This document shows, one piece after another, positions 52,499-64,000 of a DNA stretch of 64,000 bases. The notes beneath the pieces are model-generated. The model was not told where the DNA came from, searched no databases, and saw only the letters and a program-made list of their open reading frames with translations. The translations under genes and the position numbers were made by a program. This DNA comes from Octopus sinensis (lineage: Eukaryota). The stretch lies in assembly GCF_006345805.1 (NCBI RefSeq), contig NC_043004.1, positions 79,608,001 through 79,672,000 of the forward strand, written 5' to 3'. The stretch's first letter is position 1. Each line of letters begins with the position of its first letter.

Positions 52499-53609
52499 AA
52501 ATAATATACATTTTGCTGGCCATAGGATGTGGTGGCATTCTTTTCTCTCATGACTGACACCAAAACAAACTGTCCGACTAATTTAACATGCGATGACGAC
52601 AAATGCTTCCCTTAAAAAAGAAAAAGTCTTCTGCATTTCTTTCTCTGATGCGCAACATTCGTTGACTAGACTTTATTTAGCTGTTCAGCTTATTTGTTAT
52701 CAACACGTATGTTACACTTCCAGTAAGATTAATATTAACTTATAACAAGGATGGCGAGTTAGTAGAATCGTTAGTACGGCGGACAGTAATGCTATGCGAC
52801 ATTTTGTCCGTTTTTACGTTCTGAGTTTAAATTACACCGAGGTTGACCTTGCTTTCATCCTTCCGGGATCGATAAAATAGCTACTATTTGAGCACTGTGG
52901 TCGATGTAATAGACTTGACCCCTTCCCCCGAAATTCCTGGCCTTGTGCCAACATCTGAAACCAATATCAACCATAACAATTCAAGCTAAATGGTAAGATT
53001 TACAAATTCATTTCTGGTGACATGGAGGTCAGCATGCCGAGTGAAACAACAAAGGTCCGTCACTCCAATAAAATAGCCACAAAAACATGTGACTCAGACC
53101 ATGTAACTCGGTGACCCTCCGATTGACAAATCCCAAGCTCTTTATTTGCCCTTTCCCCTCTTTATTAGGGAGATGGCAAAATAGAATTTAAACCCAAATA
53201 ATTCATCTGTCTTTGCCATGGTAACAAATCAATTTAAAATGTTGGTAACCATCTTAATTTTATGACACACTAGACTACTCGTGAACCGTTGGGTCACCAA
53301 TAAGTTCAAGGTGCCCGAAAAACCCGCGTATCTCGGGAACCCGTGGTACGATTTACGTGAAACATGTTTTATTCTGTGTATTCACATTTTAGGGGCACCT
53401 TACATTTAGAGTATTTTCCCCATTATGTGCCGGTTTGGCTGTATTAAATTACAGACAAGTACGCAAGCAAGCACGCTAGCACAGAACTTTAGTATCATAT
53501 AGATAACAAATTGTCCTTCCACTTGTTTTCAATCGCTACGGCCGTTTCTATGAGAGCAGAGCTTCACCTATCTGCGAGAAAGCACTGACTCTGTTGATAT
53601 TCTTTACCG

Positions 53610-53790
53610 CAGATCCTGGATTATCTGAGACTGTTACCAATTAGAGTCTTTATCGCGGATTTATTGCGTCAGTTCCGAATAAGAGCTTTTATTTCTGATT
53701 AACTGAGACAGTTCCGAATTAGAGCGTTTGTTCCGGATTATCAGAGACATTTCTGATTTAGAGCCTTTGTTCCGATTCAGAGCAGGTCCC
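53610..53790. repeat. Degenerate ~39-bp minisatellite (about 4-5 units)
   Basis: Unit approximately TTCCGGATTATCTGAGACAGTTCCGAATTAGAGCGTTTG. Confidence 0.6.
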
Positions 53791-54707
53791 TTTTGTTGAT
53801 CATATTATCAGGACGACGAACAGTTTCTTTAACCAGCATTGAAAACGCTGACATCTGGCACAAGAAAACAATCTTCCTCCTCCTCCTACGTCATATAAGG
53901 TGTGTTTACTTATTAGATTAGTTTATTAATTCATCAGAAAATGGAAATTTGACCTACAATGGAAGGCTGCTCACATTGCCTCAAAACTTCACACCAGTTA
54001 GTACTTCCTCCCCCCCCAAGCCCCCCCCCAGCCTGCAATAGTTTAAACTAAACGCTAGCTTCATTTACTTTGGGCAATTATTTCTATACTAACCCTTAAG
54101 AATGCGAAGGCACGTAGCTTAGTCGTTAGAGTGTTGAACTCACAGTAGTAACGTCGTGGGTTCGATTCCTAGATTACGCAGCATGTAGTATTTTTGAGCA
54201 AGGTACATAATTTACGTTGTTCCACTCAACTCGGCTAAAAGTAAGTACCAGCTATGTACTAATGCAACCCCTTACTCTTCCCCCTTCTCCCGCTCCCCCC
54301 TATCTCTCTGCATCCAACTCCCAAATCCTGTGCAGAGAGGGTGTGTATGTCTGCTCGCGACTACTTAGGCACCTAAAAGCATTTAGCGAGAGCATGGTTC
54401 AAGCTACGAGGACACTTTCACAAACTAGAGACAACTAAGCACTCACACTAAATTTTTGTAAAACAAAGTTGCCATATCTACTGATCCGCATCTGCGGTTT
54501 CCCATATCTTGTAGAGCCATTCAAAGTTGTGCACAAATGGAGAGCTATTTATACTGTACCAAGATAGATTTTAAATAATGGAATAAATATCGGTAACATT
54601 TTTTGCCACTATAATATGGCTGTTCTATACAGAACTAAGTTCCCTACATTTTAATCCCAGGAACACGTCTTTTCCTGCTGGTTAACGACACACAACCTGT
54701 GTCCGAT

Positions 54708-55130
54708 AGGATCTTTTCGGTTTGAACGGCAGTTTTTTCTAGCGGTGTCATATGAAATTGTCACCCATAATTATGACCCTAGTATCGATCTATTGCATTT
54801 CAATCTGTTTTAGGGTTAGGGTTAGGGGTGGGGGGAAGGGTATCTTTTTTTCTTCACAAATGTAAATAAACCCAATCTGTTTCTTAAACGAGGGACATAT
54901 TCATACGGCACAGAATGTTTTTTTTTACCTCAATAGACGTCATTGATTGGTTGAAATTGCAGAAATTGAAGAAAAAAAACAACAAATATCTTACAAACTA
55001 TAAAATTTTCTCAATAAAGCCAAGAGAAAAAGATGTTTTATAAACACATTCTACCAGTATACGAAGTTTAAGAGTGTTTAGTTACGTGGAAATTATTTTA
55101 AAAAACTGTCGTTCAAACCGAAAAGATCCT
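54708..55130 (+). mobile_element. TTAGGG-containing MITE, copy 3
   Basis: Same TIRs and body as 18739; no 6-bp TSD, but flanked by a long duplication. Confidence 0.9.
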
Positions 55131-55159
55131 GGCTGTTCTATACAGAACTATGTTCCTAC

Positions 55160-56042
55160 TATAAGAAATAGGATCACATGCGGTCGTATTGTGTAGGGAA
55201 TACAATCGCACGCGGTCCCATTCTTAATGAATTATTACAAGCCATAAATACATGCAGTAACAATAGAACATAAGTGAATTGGCGACAAGTCTTGCTGTTG
55301 GGAGATAAATATTATTTATTTCACATATTTTACAATTATGTCAACGTCAGGAGCTGGTAAGCGTTAACATGGTTTTGTGTCTGTGTGTCCGTGTGTGTGA
55401 CAGAACAATCAAAGTGAAGGCATGAAGCATACAAAAGGTACCAGACATAGAATTAACAATGGAATTTAGTTTACTGTCCATATGGCAAGGTGTTGGAATC
55501 TATTCGAGGTTGATACATGACGGTAGCGGCGAACGACGAATATAGCAGGCTTTCAGTGTTTGTATAGATTAGCGTAGCAACAGGTAGTAGCAGAGACAAT
55601 CGCATATCTCTAAGTTGAGCAGCAGGTGGCCTAACTTAGTTCTTAGAAGAACTAGAACTAAAGATGAAAAGTGTCTGTGAACCCTCCTTTATATACTGTT
55701 TGAGTGGCTCACCGAACTTCAGAAATGGAATCTTAAACAAAGGTCGTGATTGGTTTTTCGAGACTGTGGGGCGAAATAAGTCGAGACAATTCGCGTCACG
55801 TGTCAACCAGTGGCGCGGACTACGTAGAGACCCTCGTGTCACATGTCAACCAGTGGCGCGAACTACGCAGAGACCACTCGTGTCACCTGTCAACCAATCC
55901 GGTTAGTGTTTACAACAAAAACAAGTTGGCCAAAGATGGCTGTAACCTGAAACGAGGTCATTTCTGCCTTGCCTTTCAAACAGTGAAGATATTAGAAATC
56001 GCTATCGTCATATTTCAAAATGGCTGAAACTGCCACGCTACA
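55160..56042 (-). mobile_element. Solo LTR (883 bp) with 4-bp TSD
   Basis: TSD CTAC at 55156-55159 and 56043-56046; the minus strand starts TGTAGCG like the 22830 LTR and carries AATAAA near its end. Confidence 0.7.
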
Positions 56043-56559
56043 CTACATTTTAATGCTGGTTAACGACACGCAACCTGTGTCCGATATGTTGTGAGTAAGG
56101 GAGCGAATCCCTTGCCTCTAACTTAGCAAGACCAGCAGACCATGGTTCCCGAGTCTTTACCTGTCATCAGAAATGGATATCTGTTTGCTAGAGACGGTAG
56201 TCAATCGTCCCTACTCAGTATATAAACAGAGAAGCGACAGACAGCCGCTAATCTCGTAACGAGCAAAACAGCAAGTTCTAAAACCTCTTAACGAGTTATA
56301 AGTAGTAACAATACTGGACGGTAACATTTTTTGCCGCTATATAGCTACTGGTCGAAAAACTAAGAAACATAATTATCTCTAAATTTTCATAAGCTATATT
56401 AGAGTTACTTCCCTTGTAACACTAGGCATTTATTGTTTCCCCCATCGATACAAACATCTTCACGCAGAAGGCATCACTTCTCGCCTACTGTCATCGTCAT
56501 TATCATTATCATGATAACCATTATCGTCATTACTATCACCATGGAGACCACCACCATCA

Positions 56560-57585
56560 AAGGAGGTAGGGACTTAAGATCAGTGCAGACGGCCTTCGAA
56601 TGTCGCATAGTCTCTTTCAAACAGCAGCAAAAATTAATACGTTTAATGCTGAAAAGTGGATAGAACAATATCCTACGTGTTGAAAGTGAGCTCCCCAGGA
56701 AGTAGTCTCTTCTTCATGACCTCACATACAAGCCCAAATCAGCCGGACAAACCTACCTCAAGGAAGACCTGGAAGTGAAACGCTCAACATACCCGCAAAA
56801 GACCATACAAGAGTAGGTTTCTCGTAGACTTGGAGAAGATAGTAACATGGACATGGAGCGAAACCTCTCTTGGACTCGTGACCATCACATCACACTTCGA
56901 TGGCTATACATTTGCAATCCAAGAACAGACGATTGCTACTAAATATCTGATCAAAAGAAGGAGACAACGAAGCCATTGGAGTTCCAGGTTGCGACCCTAA
57001 ATGTAGATTATGTCATATTTCTCTAGAAGATATCACACGTGATTAGCAACTTCCCAAAAATGTCACCAAGGTACCATCTCCCTATGCGACACGACGTTGA
57101 CGCAAAAACAATATATAATGAGATTCGGAAAAAGACTCGTGGAATAAATATTGAGAATTCCCCTGTTATGGAATACGTACACAGATACCAGCACAAGGAA
57201 TATTGGTGGAATATTCCCATCAAAATAATCAGTCAAGTATAAACATCATAGGCCAGATATTGTTGTTTGGGACAGATAAGAAAAAGTATGTACCGCCATA
57301 GAGGTCAGCTGTTTTTCTGATGCGAATATCTCTTTGAAAATCAAAGAGAGAGAAGATAACTATGAACAACTGCTTCGAAACCTCCAGCTTCTATATCCGG
57401 ATCAGAAATTTACATTTATACCAATAAAATTGGAGCACTTATTTTTCTAAGTAAATGCTTGACTGTCAGTCTGGATAAAATTGGATTTTCAGAAAGAGAA
57501 ATCAGCCAACTGATTCGCACGCTACAAATACAATTTGTAAGCGGAACAGTAAAAATATACAAGACTTTTCTCAGGTTTATAATGT
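56560..57585 (+). mobile_element. R4/NeSL-like LINE 3' ~1 kb, decayed
   Basis: GGRDLRS (GGRGL-like) motif, then PMRHD, YWWNIP, HHRPDIVVWD, IEVSC, YEQLLRNLQLLYP, IGAL; paralog of 34060. Confidence 0.8.
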
Positions 57586-57984
57586 GACATTGTTTTCGTT
57601 ATCTACATCCCACATGATGGAGCTTTGTATCTTTGGTTAGAAACCAACTCCTTCTTCAGAAGAAGAATATAAATGGTTAAATACAGAAGAGAACATACAT
57701 GTACACTAACACACACACACTTCTATATTATAAGCACAAGGCCAGCAACTTCTGGGCAAGGGGACAGTCGATCTCGGTGAAGTTTGAACTCAGATCGTAA
57801 AGTCTGATGAAATGGCATCAAGCACTTGAAATACAGCGAATAAAAACATAATAGTCTTTACTAATGGCACTTTTTCGAAAATTTTGCTGACTCTTATACA
57901 TCATTATTTCTTACTTTGTTTCTTCATAACTTTCAAAAAGAAAAAAAAAGGAAATTTTCTACAAATATCTTTCAGGTTCTGATT

Positions 57985-58262
57985 ACATCGGAATTTAATG
58001 TATGCGTGTTTGTGAAATATTGTTGGGCGCGCATACATCGTGTATGTGCGTGTGTCGCCATGTTGAATCGTTAGCTCCTGCACTTTCTCTCTCCTTGTTT
58101 CTCTCCGTGTTTCTTTTCTGTGTATCTTTCTGTTGAAGAGCGTAGGCTCGAAACGTAAAAGACTTGTTTCATTTCTATTCCTGAGCGTCATACTAATACA
58201 ATTGTTTGTTTGTACTCCACCTGCCTTCGTCTTTTGTTTATTTTCGTAAAGCTTCCCGTTAT
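57985..58262 (+). mobile_element. Penelope-like terminal-repeat fragment (family P2) with HHR
   Basis: An inverted paralog lies at 59487-59720; both end at (TA)n. Confidence 0.6.
58125..58162 (+). ncRNA. Minimal type I HHR motif, core variant CUGUUGA
   Basis: UCUUU-CUGUUGA-A-GAGC-guag-GCUC-GAAAC-GUA-AAAGA; 5-bp stem I. Confidence 0.55.
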
Positions 58263-58306
58263 ATATATACACACATACATACATACATATATATACACAC
58301 ACACAT

Positions 58307-58346
<40 letters not shown>

Positions 58347-58528
58347 CTATATATACAGGTCTCAGGCCAGCAGTGTTTGGAGTCTGAAGATACGTTGTAA
58401 GGCTAAGCCTTTATGAGCGAGAAACCCAGGGTAACCCCATAAACCGGCCTACCCCACTATAATATTACATGCTCTACATCTTAGAGTGTGCTTCTCCACT
58501 GGATTTATGTATTTCTACAAACGGTAAT

Positions 58529-58576
<48 letters not shown>

Positions 58577-58597
58577 ATATATATAATATATATATAT

Positions 58598-58805
58598 AAT
58601 GTGACCGCGTGTGTACCGTTGGCGATTTTTTTCGTCCCTTTTCCCTTACTTGGATCTTTCCTTTTCCTATGTTTCTGACGAAGAGCTCCGCTCGAAACGT
58701 TGAATCCTCCTTCTTTCTTTCCTTTCCTGAGCGTCCAATAACACTATACTTGTGCCACGTCCTTGCGTTGTGTTTTCTCTTTGTGTTTTCATGTTTGGAT
58801 TAACT
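58598..58805 (+). mobile_element. Penelope-like terminal-repeat fragment (family P1), with HHR at 58671-58705
   Basis: Paralog of 1922-2112; contains CTGACGA-A-GAGC-tcc-GCTC-GAAACGTT. Confidence 0.6.
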
Positions 58806-59201
58806 ATATACATATATATCTTCTCCCCTCTCTAACATACACATCTTTTCTCCCCTTTCTATCCACTTAATACTACCACTACATTCTCAAATTTTCATTC
58901 ACACCACAAGACCCTTTGAATGAACAGCACATGGAATCTACGTCTCCACACTTTCCATTTGTGATGACAAAATATGAACTCCTATTGGAATTTACACAAC
59001 ACATATAGGAACCATTCCTACCACTTCTACACACCACTTCCCCTGGATAATGAAACTGCAACTATAACATTTTAATACATTTCTATTTTTATCTCTGCAT
59101 TCATTCTCCTATTTCCCTATATACTCCTTATTAGCTTTCTTTTCCAAAATAACTCCTTATATTGAACTCTAATATTTCCCTCTATTTAAACATTTCACAT
59201 T

Positions 59202-59249
59202 GTCTCTGATGAAGGGATATCCCTAATATCCCAGAAACAGCTGTAAGAC
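59202..59249 (+). ncRNA. Type I HHR motif
   Basis: GUCU-CUGAUGA-A-GGGAUAU-cccua-AUAUCCC-A-GAAAC-AGCU-GUA-AGAC; 7-bp stem II; palindromic stem III ACAGCUGU. Confidence 0.7.
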
Positions 59250-59310
59250 TATATATCTCTTTATAAATATCCTGAAAATTCCCCACAGCCTTGGTTTTAT
59301 TGTGTGTGTG

Positions 59311-59342
<32 letters not shown>

Positions 59343-59372
59343 TGTATGTATGTATGTATGTATGTATGTATG

Positions 59373-59720
<348 letters not shown>

Positions 59721-60122
59721 ATCAAACATGAGACGCGAGAGCGAAATTAGGGGAGATAATAGGGTTGAATGACCTACTCCAACATAAGGGTGTGTATGTG
59801 TGTGTGTGTATGAGAGAGTATTAGTGCGTATGAGAGGTCTGGACGTGTGTATGTATATATGATGTGATGTGTAAAGTCGTGTGGTGTAGTGTGGAGAGAG
59901 GAGAAGAGGGGGAGGGGGGAAGAGGAGGGGAGAAGAGGGGGAGGAGAGGAGGGGGAGATAGGAGGGGGAGAAGGAAGGGGAGTGAAAGACGGTATGGACA
60001 CTTTGTTTTTGTTTTGGTGTCTCGCTCCGCTGTATACGACTATGAGGATTTGCATCCCCATCGAAACTCGTCTTTTTCCCAAAATTATAATGTAATACAT
60101 GTCTTTGGTGTGGTAATTGTGT

Positions 60123-60210
60123 GCGGCTGAAGACAGGCTATTGACATACATATTACATCAATTATGCATTGATATAAACTGTCTAATAAAGCCCGAAACA
60201 TATGTACCGC
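60123..60210 (+). ncRNA. Type I HHR motif with long stem II
   Basis: GCGG-CUGAAGA-caGGCU...AGCCc-GAAAC-AUAU-GUA-CCGC; palindromic stem III ACAUAUGU; predicted cut after A60206. Confidence 0.65.
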
Positions 60211-60239
60211 TAAATCCTTTGCATCCTGTTTTTCTTTTG

Positions 60240-60295
<56 letters not shown>

Positions 60296-60321
60296 TATAT
60301 ATATATTATATATATATATAT

Positions 60322-60640
60322 AGGTGCAAGTGTGGCTGTGTGGTAAGAAGCTTGCTTTTCAACCACATGGTTCCGGGTGCAGTCTTGTGAGTGTATTTGG
60401 TAGATGGAAACTGAAAAGAAGCCTGTCGTATATGTGTGTGTGTATGTTTGTGCTTGTCCCCCCCACTATCGCTTGACAACCGATGCTGGTATGTTTACGT
60501 CCCCGTAACTTAACGGTTCGGCAAAAGAGAGCGATAGAATAAGTACTAGGCTTACAAAGAGAAAGTTTTAGAGTTGATTTCCTCGACTAAAGGCAGTGCT
60601 CCAGCATGGCCACAGTCAAATGACTGGAACAAATAAAAGA
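60322..60640 (+). mobile_element. SINE family A with internal deletion
   Basis: Head and tail match the 8280 copy. Confidence 0.8.
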
Positions 60641-62402
60641 ATATATATATATATATATATACAGAAAGAAACTTTAAATTTAAAAAAAGAAGTTCTGTGA
60701 TGTGTGTCACTGTGCGTGCCCCCACCATTTTTTTCCCACTCTAAATCCAGAGGTAATCGGAATTTACACCATCCGAAAGGTATTTGTAGAAAATTTCTTT
60801 TAAAAATATACATTTTTCTGGAAGTTCTGAATAAAAAGTAAAGTCGGAGAAGGGAGGAAACTTGTGTGGGTATACCGTCTTATAAATACTTCTAGTTAAA
60901 AACGTGTAAGTTGTCTATTTTCTCTCTGCCTAATATATGCACTTTTGAAATAAAAGCATTTGTTTTCTCCTTCAATTAAAGGAAAGAAAAAAAATGTAAT
61001 ATATTGTTTTTGTCTCAGTATTTCAAGTAAGCCATAAAAGTCTTTCTTATACATTCCCTTTTAACTGAAATTACGCCGCTGTTCTCCATATTTATGCCCG
61101 TGCACTCAGTTAACTGAACATCTAGGCTAAGTGGGTGGATAAATACTAGAGAAAGAGAGAGGCAGAGAGAAAGCGTACGTGTGAGTGTTTCGGTCTATAA
61201 ACATTCAGAAAGATAAACAAAAGCAGGTAAATTTTAAAAGCCGGTGCTTGACGAAAAATGTCCCTTGGGATTATCTATTCTACACTGAAGTATATACGCG
61301 TGTCTTTATCTTTCAGAAATGCAATAAATTAGTGACAAAACGCATAAACAAGGACACCCATTAATTATAAATTTCGATTAAAATAAATAAATAAATCAAG
61401 AAAAAATTTTCGTATTTTTCTACTGATAAGAATATGTACGAAACTAAGACATAGCAAATTTGACGTAACCTATTACAAAATATATATAAAGATATTTTAC
61501 AAAATACGTATAAAGATATTTTACGAAATGTGAATTTAAATCTAAATCATTTTACTTAACGTTTCCGAAGAAAAGAAGCATATTTTATTATTTTATAAAC
61601 CATGCGTAAATACGAATTGAAGTCTTAACTATATCTGATATATATATATATTTATAAGATAATCAAGGCCTTGTTTTAATTAAAAATGTTTGATTGTTTT
61701 CGGAAATTCGTTAAACGGCATCAGCGCAAACTCGTCTTTATGGGAGTTTTGAGCAGTGGTAAATACCTTCTTTACACATATATTTGTATTATCTGTCATT
61801 AGTCCAATTTTCTGTTCGGTTCTATTAAATGGCATATGTTTATTTCTTATCTTTATACAAACTAACAAATTATATCAAAAAGAATATTAAACCCGGTCTT
61901 ATGTAGACGTGGTGTATTTATGAAATATATATATATGTATTATAAATGTCTCGAATTAGCTTCTTTTTTTTTCCGGGCGAGCTTTACTGTTATGGGGGAA
62001 AATATCTTTTTTTTTCAGACATTTATAAACAAACTGACATAGGCACACACCGACATGCATAGAGGGTTTCTTTCAGTTTACGTCTACCAAATTTATTCAC
62101 AAAGCTTTGGTCAGCCCGGGACTATAGCAGAAAACACTTACTCAAGGTGTCATACAGTGGAACAGAACTCAAAGCCACCTGGTTGCGAAGTGTATGTCTT
62201 ACCTACACAGCCATAACCACCTGTCTTTATCAATATTAATACGAGACGTTAAGTAGGGAAGTAACAAGTTGTGAAAACTACCTTTAATTAAGAGGTGAGA
62301 GGTGGGTAAAATAATATAAACAGTATCTAGCATATTAAAAAGTTACGAAATGTATCTGTGTATAAGAGTATTTTTTCACCTTAAAAAATGGGTTGTTTTA
62401 TG

Positions 62403-62535
62403 CACTAGCGTGTGGACCGCCCACGGCGGCCCTCCGTTTGCCGGAGACCACAAAAAACATTGCCTACAGCAGACCCAAAAGTGATTCCCCTTTAAAAGTG
62501 CCGCCCGAGGTGGACGCCCCATCTCTACGCTAGTG
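62403..62535 (-). mobile_element. Small MITE, same family as 31542
   Basis: CACTAGCGT...CTACGCTAGTG termini; flanks GTTTTATG/ATCTTATG. Confidence 0.65.
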
Positions 62536-62607
62536 ATCTTATGCCCCAGGTGTAAAAATGCGAGCCTTATATTCTAAGGGTAACAGTTGGGGCTTACCTG
62601 CCCTCTG

Positions 62608-63243
62608 TTTTGTTTCCTCAAAAACTGCCTGAAAAAAAGTGATATTTTCTAATGACATTTGCTACAAATGAGCTTCAGACGGCATAGATTCCGGATTATA
62701 TTGGAATTTCTTGTGAAAATAATTTTCCGGGGGGTGAAGAGAGGAGTTTTATATGATTCACATCATGGGCTTTGTTTCCTCATAACTTTTAGAAAAATGG
62801 GTAATTTTTTCTGAATCTTTCCACAAATACCTTTCAGAGTGTGAAGATAATGATTTTATCGGAATTTAATTTGTTAAAAAAAAAAAAAAAGGTCGGCTGA
62901 CACACATCACATACGTCTGTAAAACTTGAAATTTGGAAAAAAATGTGATGTGTTGTGTGTGTCCACCATTTTCCTTTTTGCATTGGATTTCCAATATAAT
63001 CATAATTTACACACTCTGGAAGGTATTTGTAGAAAATTTCATTTAAAAATTACAATTTTTCTGAAAGTTATGAGGAAACAAAGCCAACTCGTGTGAATCT
63101 TCTGAAACTCTTCCCACTCTCACAGGAAAACATTTTCGCAACAAATTCCAATAATATCGGAATCTGCTTCATCAGAGGCATATTTGTAGAAAATTTCATT
63201 AAAAAAATATACATTTTCCTGTGAACTATGAGGAAACAAAGTT
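62608..63243. mobile_element. Fold-back-like element with two nested pairs of ~100-bp inverted modules
   Basis: Outer arms ~62608-62710/63152-63243, inner arms ~62767-62867/62988-63085; all share TTTGTTTCCTCA; a related module lies at ~60690-60830. Confidence 0.55.
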
Positions 63244-64000
63244 GGTGGGGTGGCACACTTGTGTAGGTATGGCACGATTGGTAGTAGGGAACTTACTCCT
63301 GCCTTAGTAACCACCAACGTTTCATGCCTATATATAGCTTACTGTTCATTTTATTCACCCACGTTTCGGTAATTACAAGAGACTAGGAAAAGTTCATTTC
63401 CACATAATGACACAGCTTGTTAATAATTTGCGAATTGACAGTCATTAGAACACTGGATAGATTCCTTTGCAGTCCTTGATTCAGTTCTCTGCACTCTGAG
63501 TTCAAACAGCCCCTTGGTCAACTTTGTCGTTCATCCTCCAGGGGTTAAATACAATCCCAGTCCTGTACTGAGTCAATCCCCAGCTCCACCATCTCTCTCT
63601 CTTGGAAGGTATCAACTGTGGTCAAACATGGAAAGAGCTGGACATCCCCAGGTGTCTACGTATGCGCATAATATGCCATATGTCACAACAGCTCCTTTAT
63701 GACCTCATAAATTAACCCTTTTAATGTCAAACTGCTTAGGACTGCCCCTTGTTCTGCGATACAAACTTCATGTTTAAAATGGTCTGAATTAAACTTTCCA
63801 TCCAAGTTTTATATTAAATTATATTTCAAACAACCAGCTTAATAGTGAGAAAGTTATTTACTAAATTCTTCATTATTATTTAACATCCATTTTCCATGCT
63901 GGCATGGGTTGGATAGTTTGACAGGCGCTGACAAGCCAGAGAGCTGCACCAGGCTCCAGTTGTCTGTTTTGGCATGGTTTCAAATGGCGGATGCCCTTCC

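Overview
This is a repeat-saturated, AT-rich eukaryotic intergenic or intronic window. The tRNA-derived SINE families and microsatellite load look like an octopus genome, which is an inference from recalled repeat families and not a database hit. No intact host gene can be supported, and almost all ORF-track entries are translations of (TA)n, (CA)n or (TACA)n microsatellites. Recognisable content: three SINE families; decayed 3' fragments of CR1, Tx1/L1 and R4/Dong-type LINEs; a full-length but dead IR/DR-type Tc1 (DD34E) element; an hAT remnant and several MITE families, one with 6-bp TSDs and internal TTAGGG; non-autonomous Helitrons; and solo LTRs. The most notable signal is at least nine type I hammerhead ribozyme (HHR) motifs of the minimal, palindromic-stem-III kind known from Penelope-like elements and retrozymes. 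They fall in several unrelated sequence families. One is textbook-intact (41826-41938), five cluster at 58-60 kb, and one may be the 3' tail of a tRNA-headed SINE. There are weak hints of a minus-strand host promoter and first exon at 28-30 kb.
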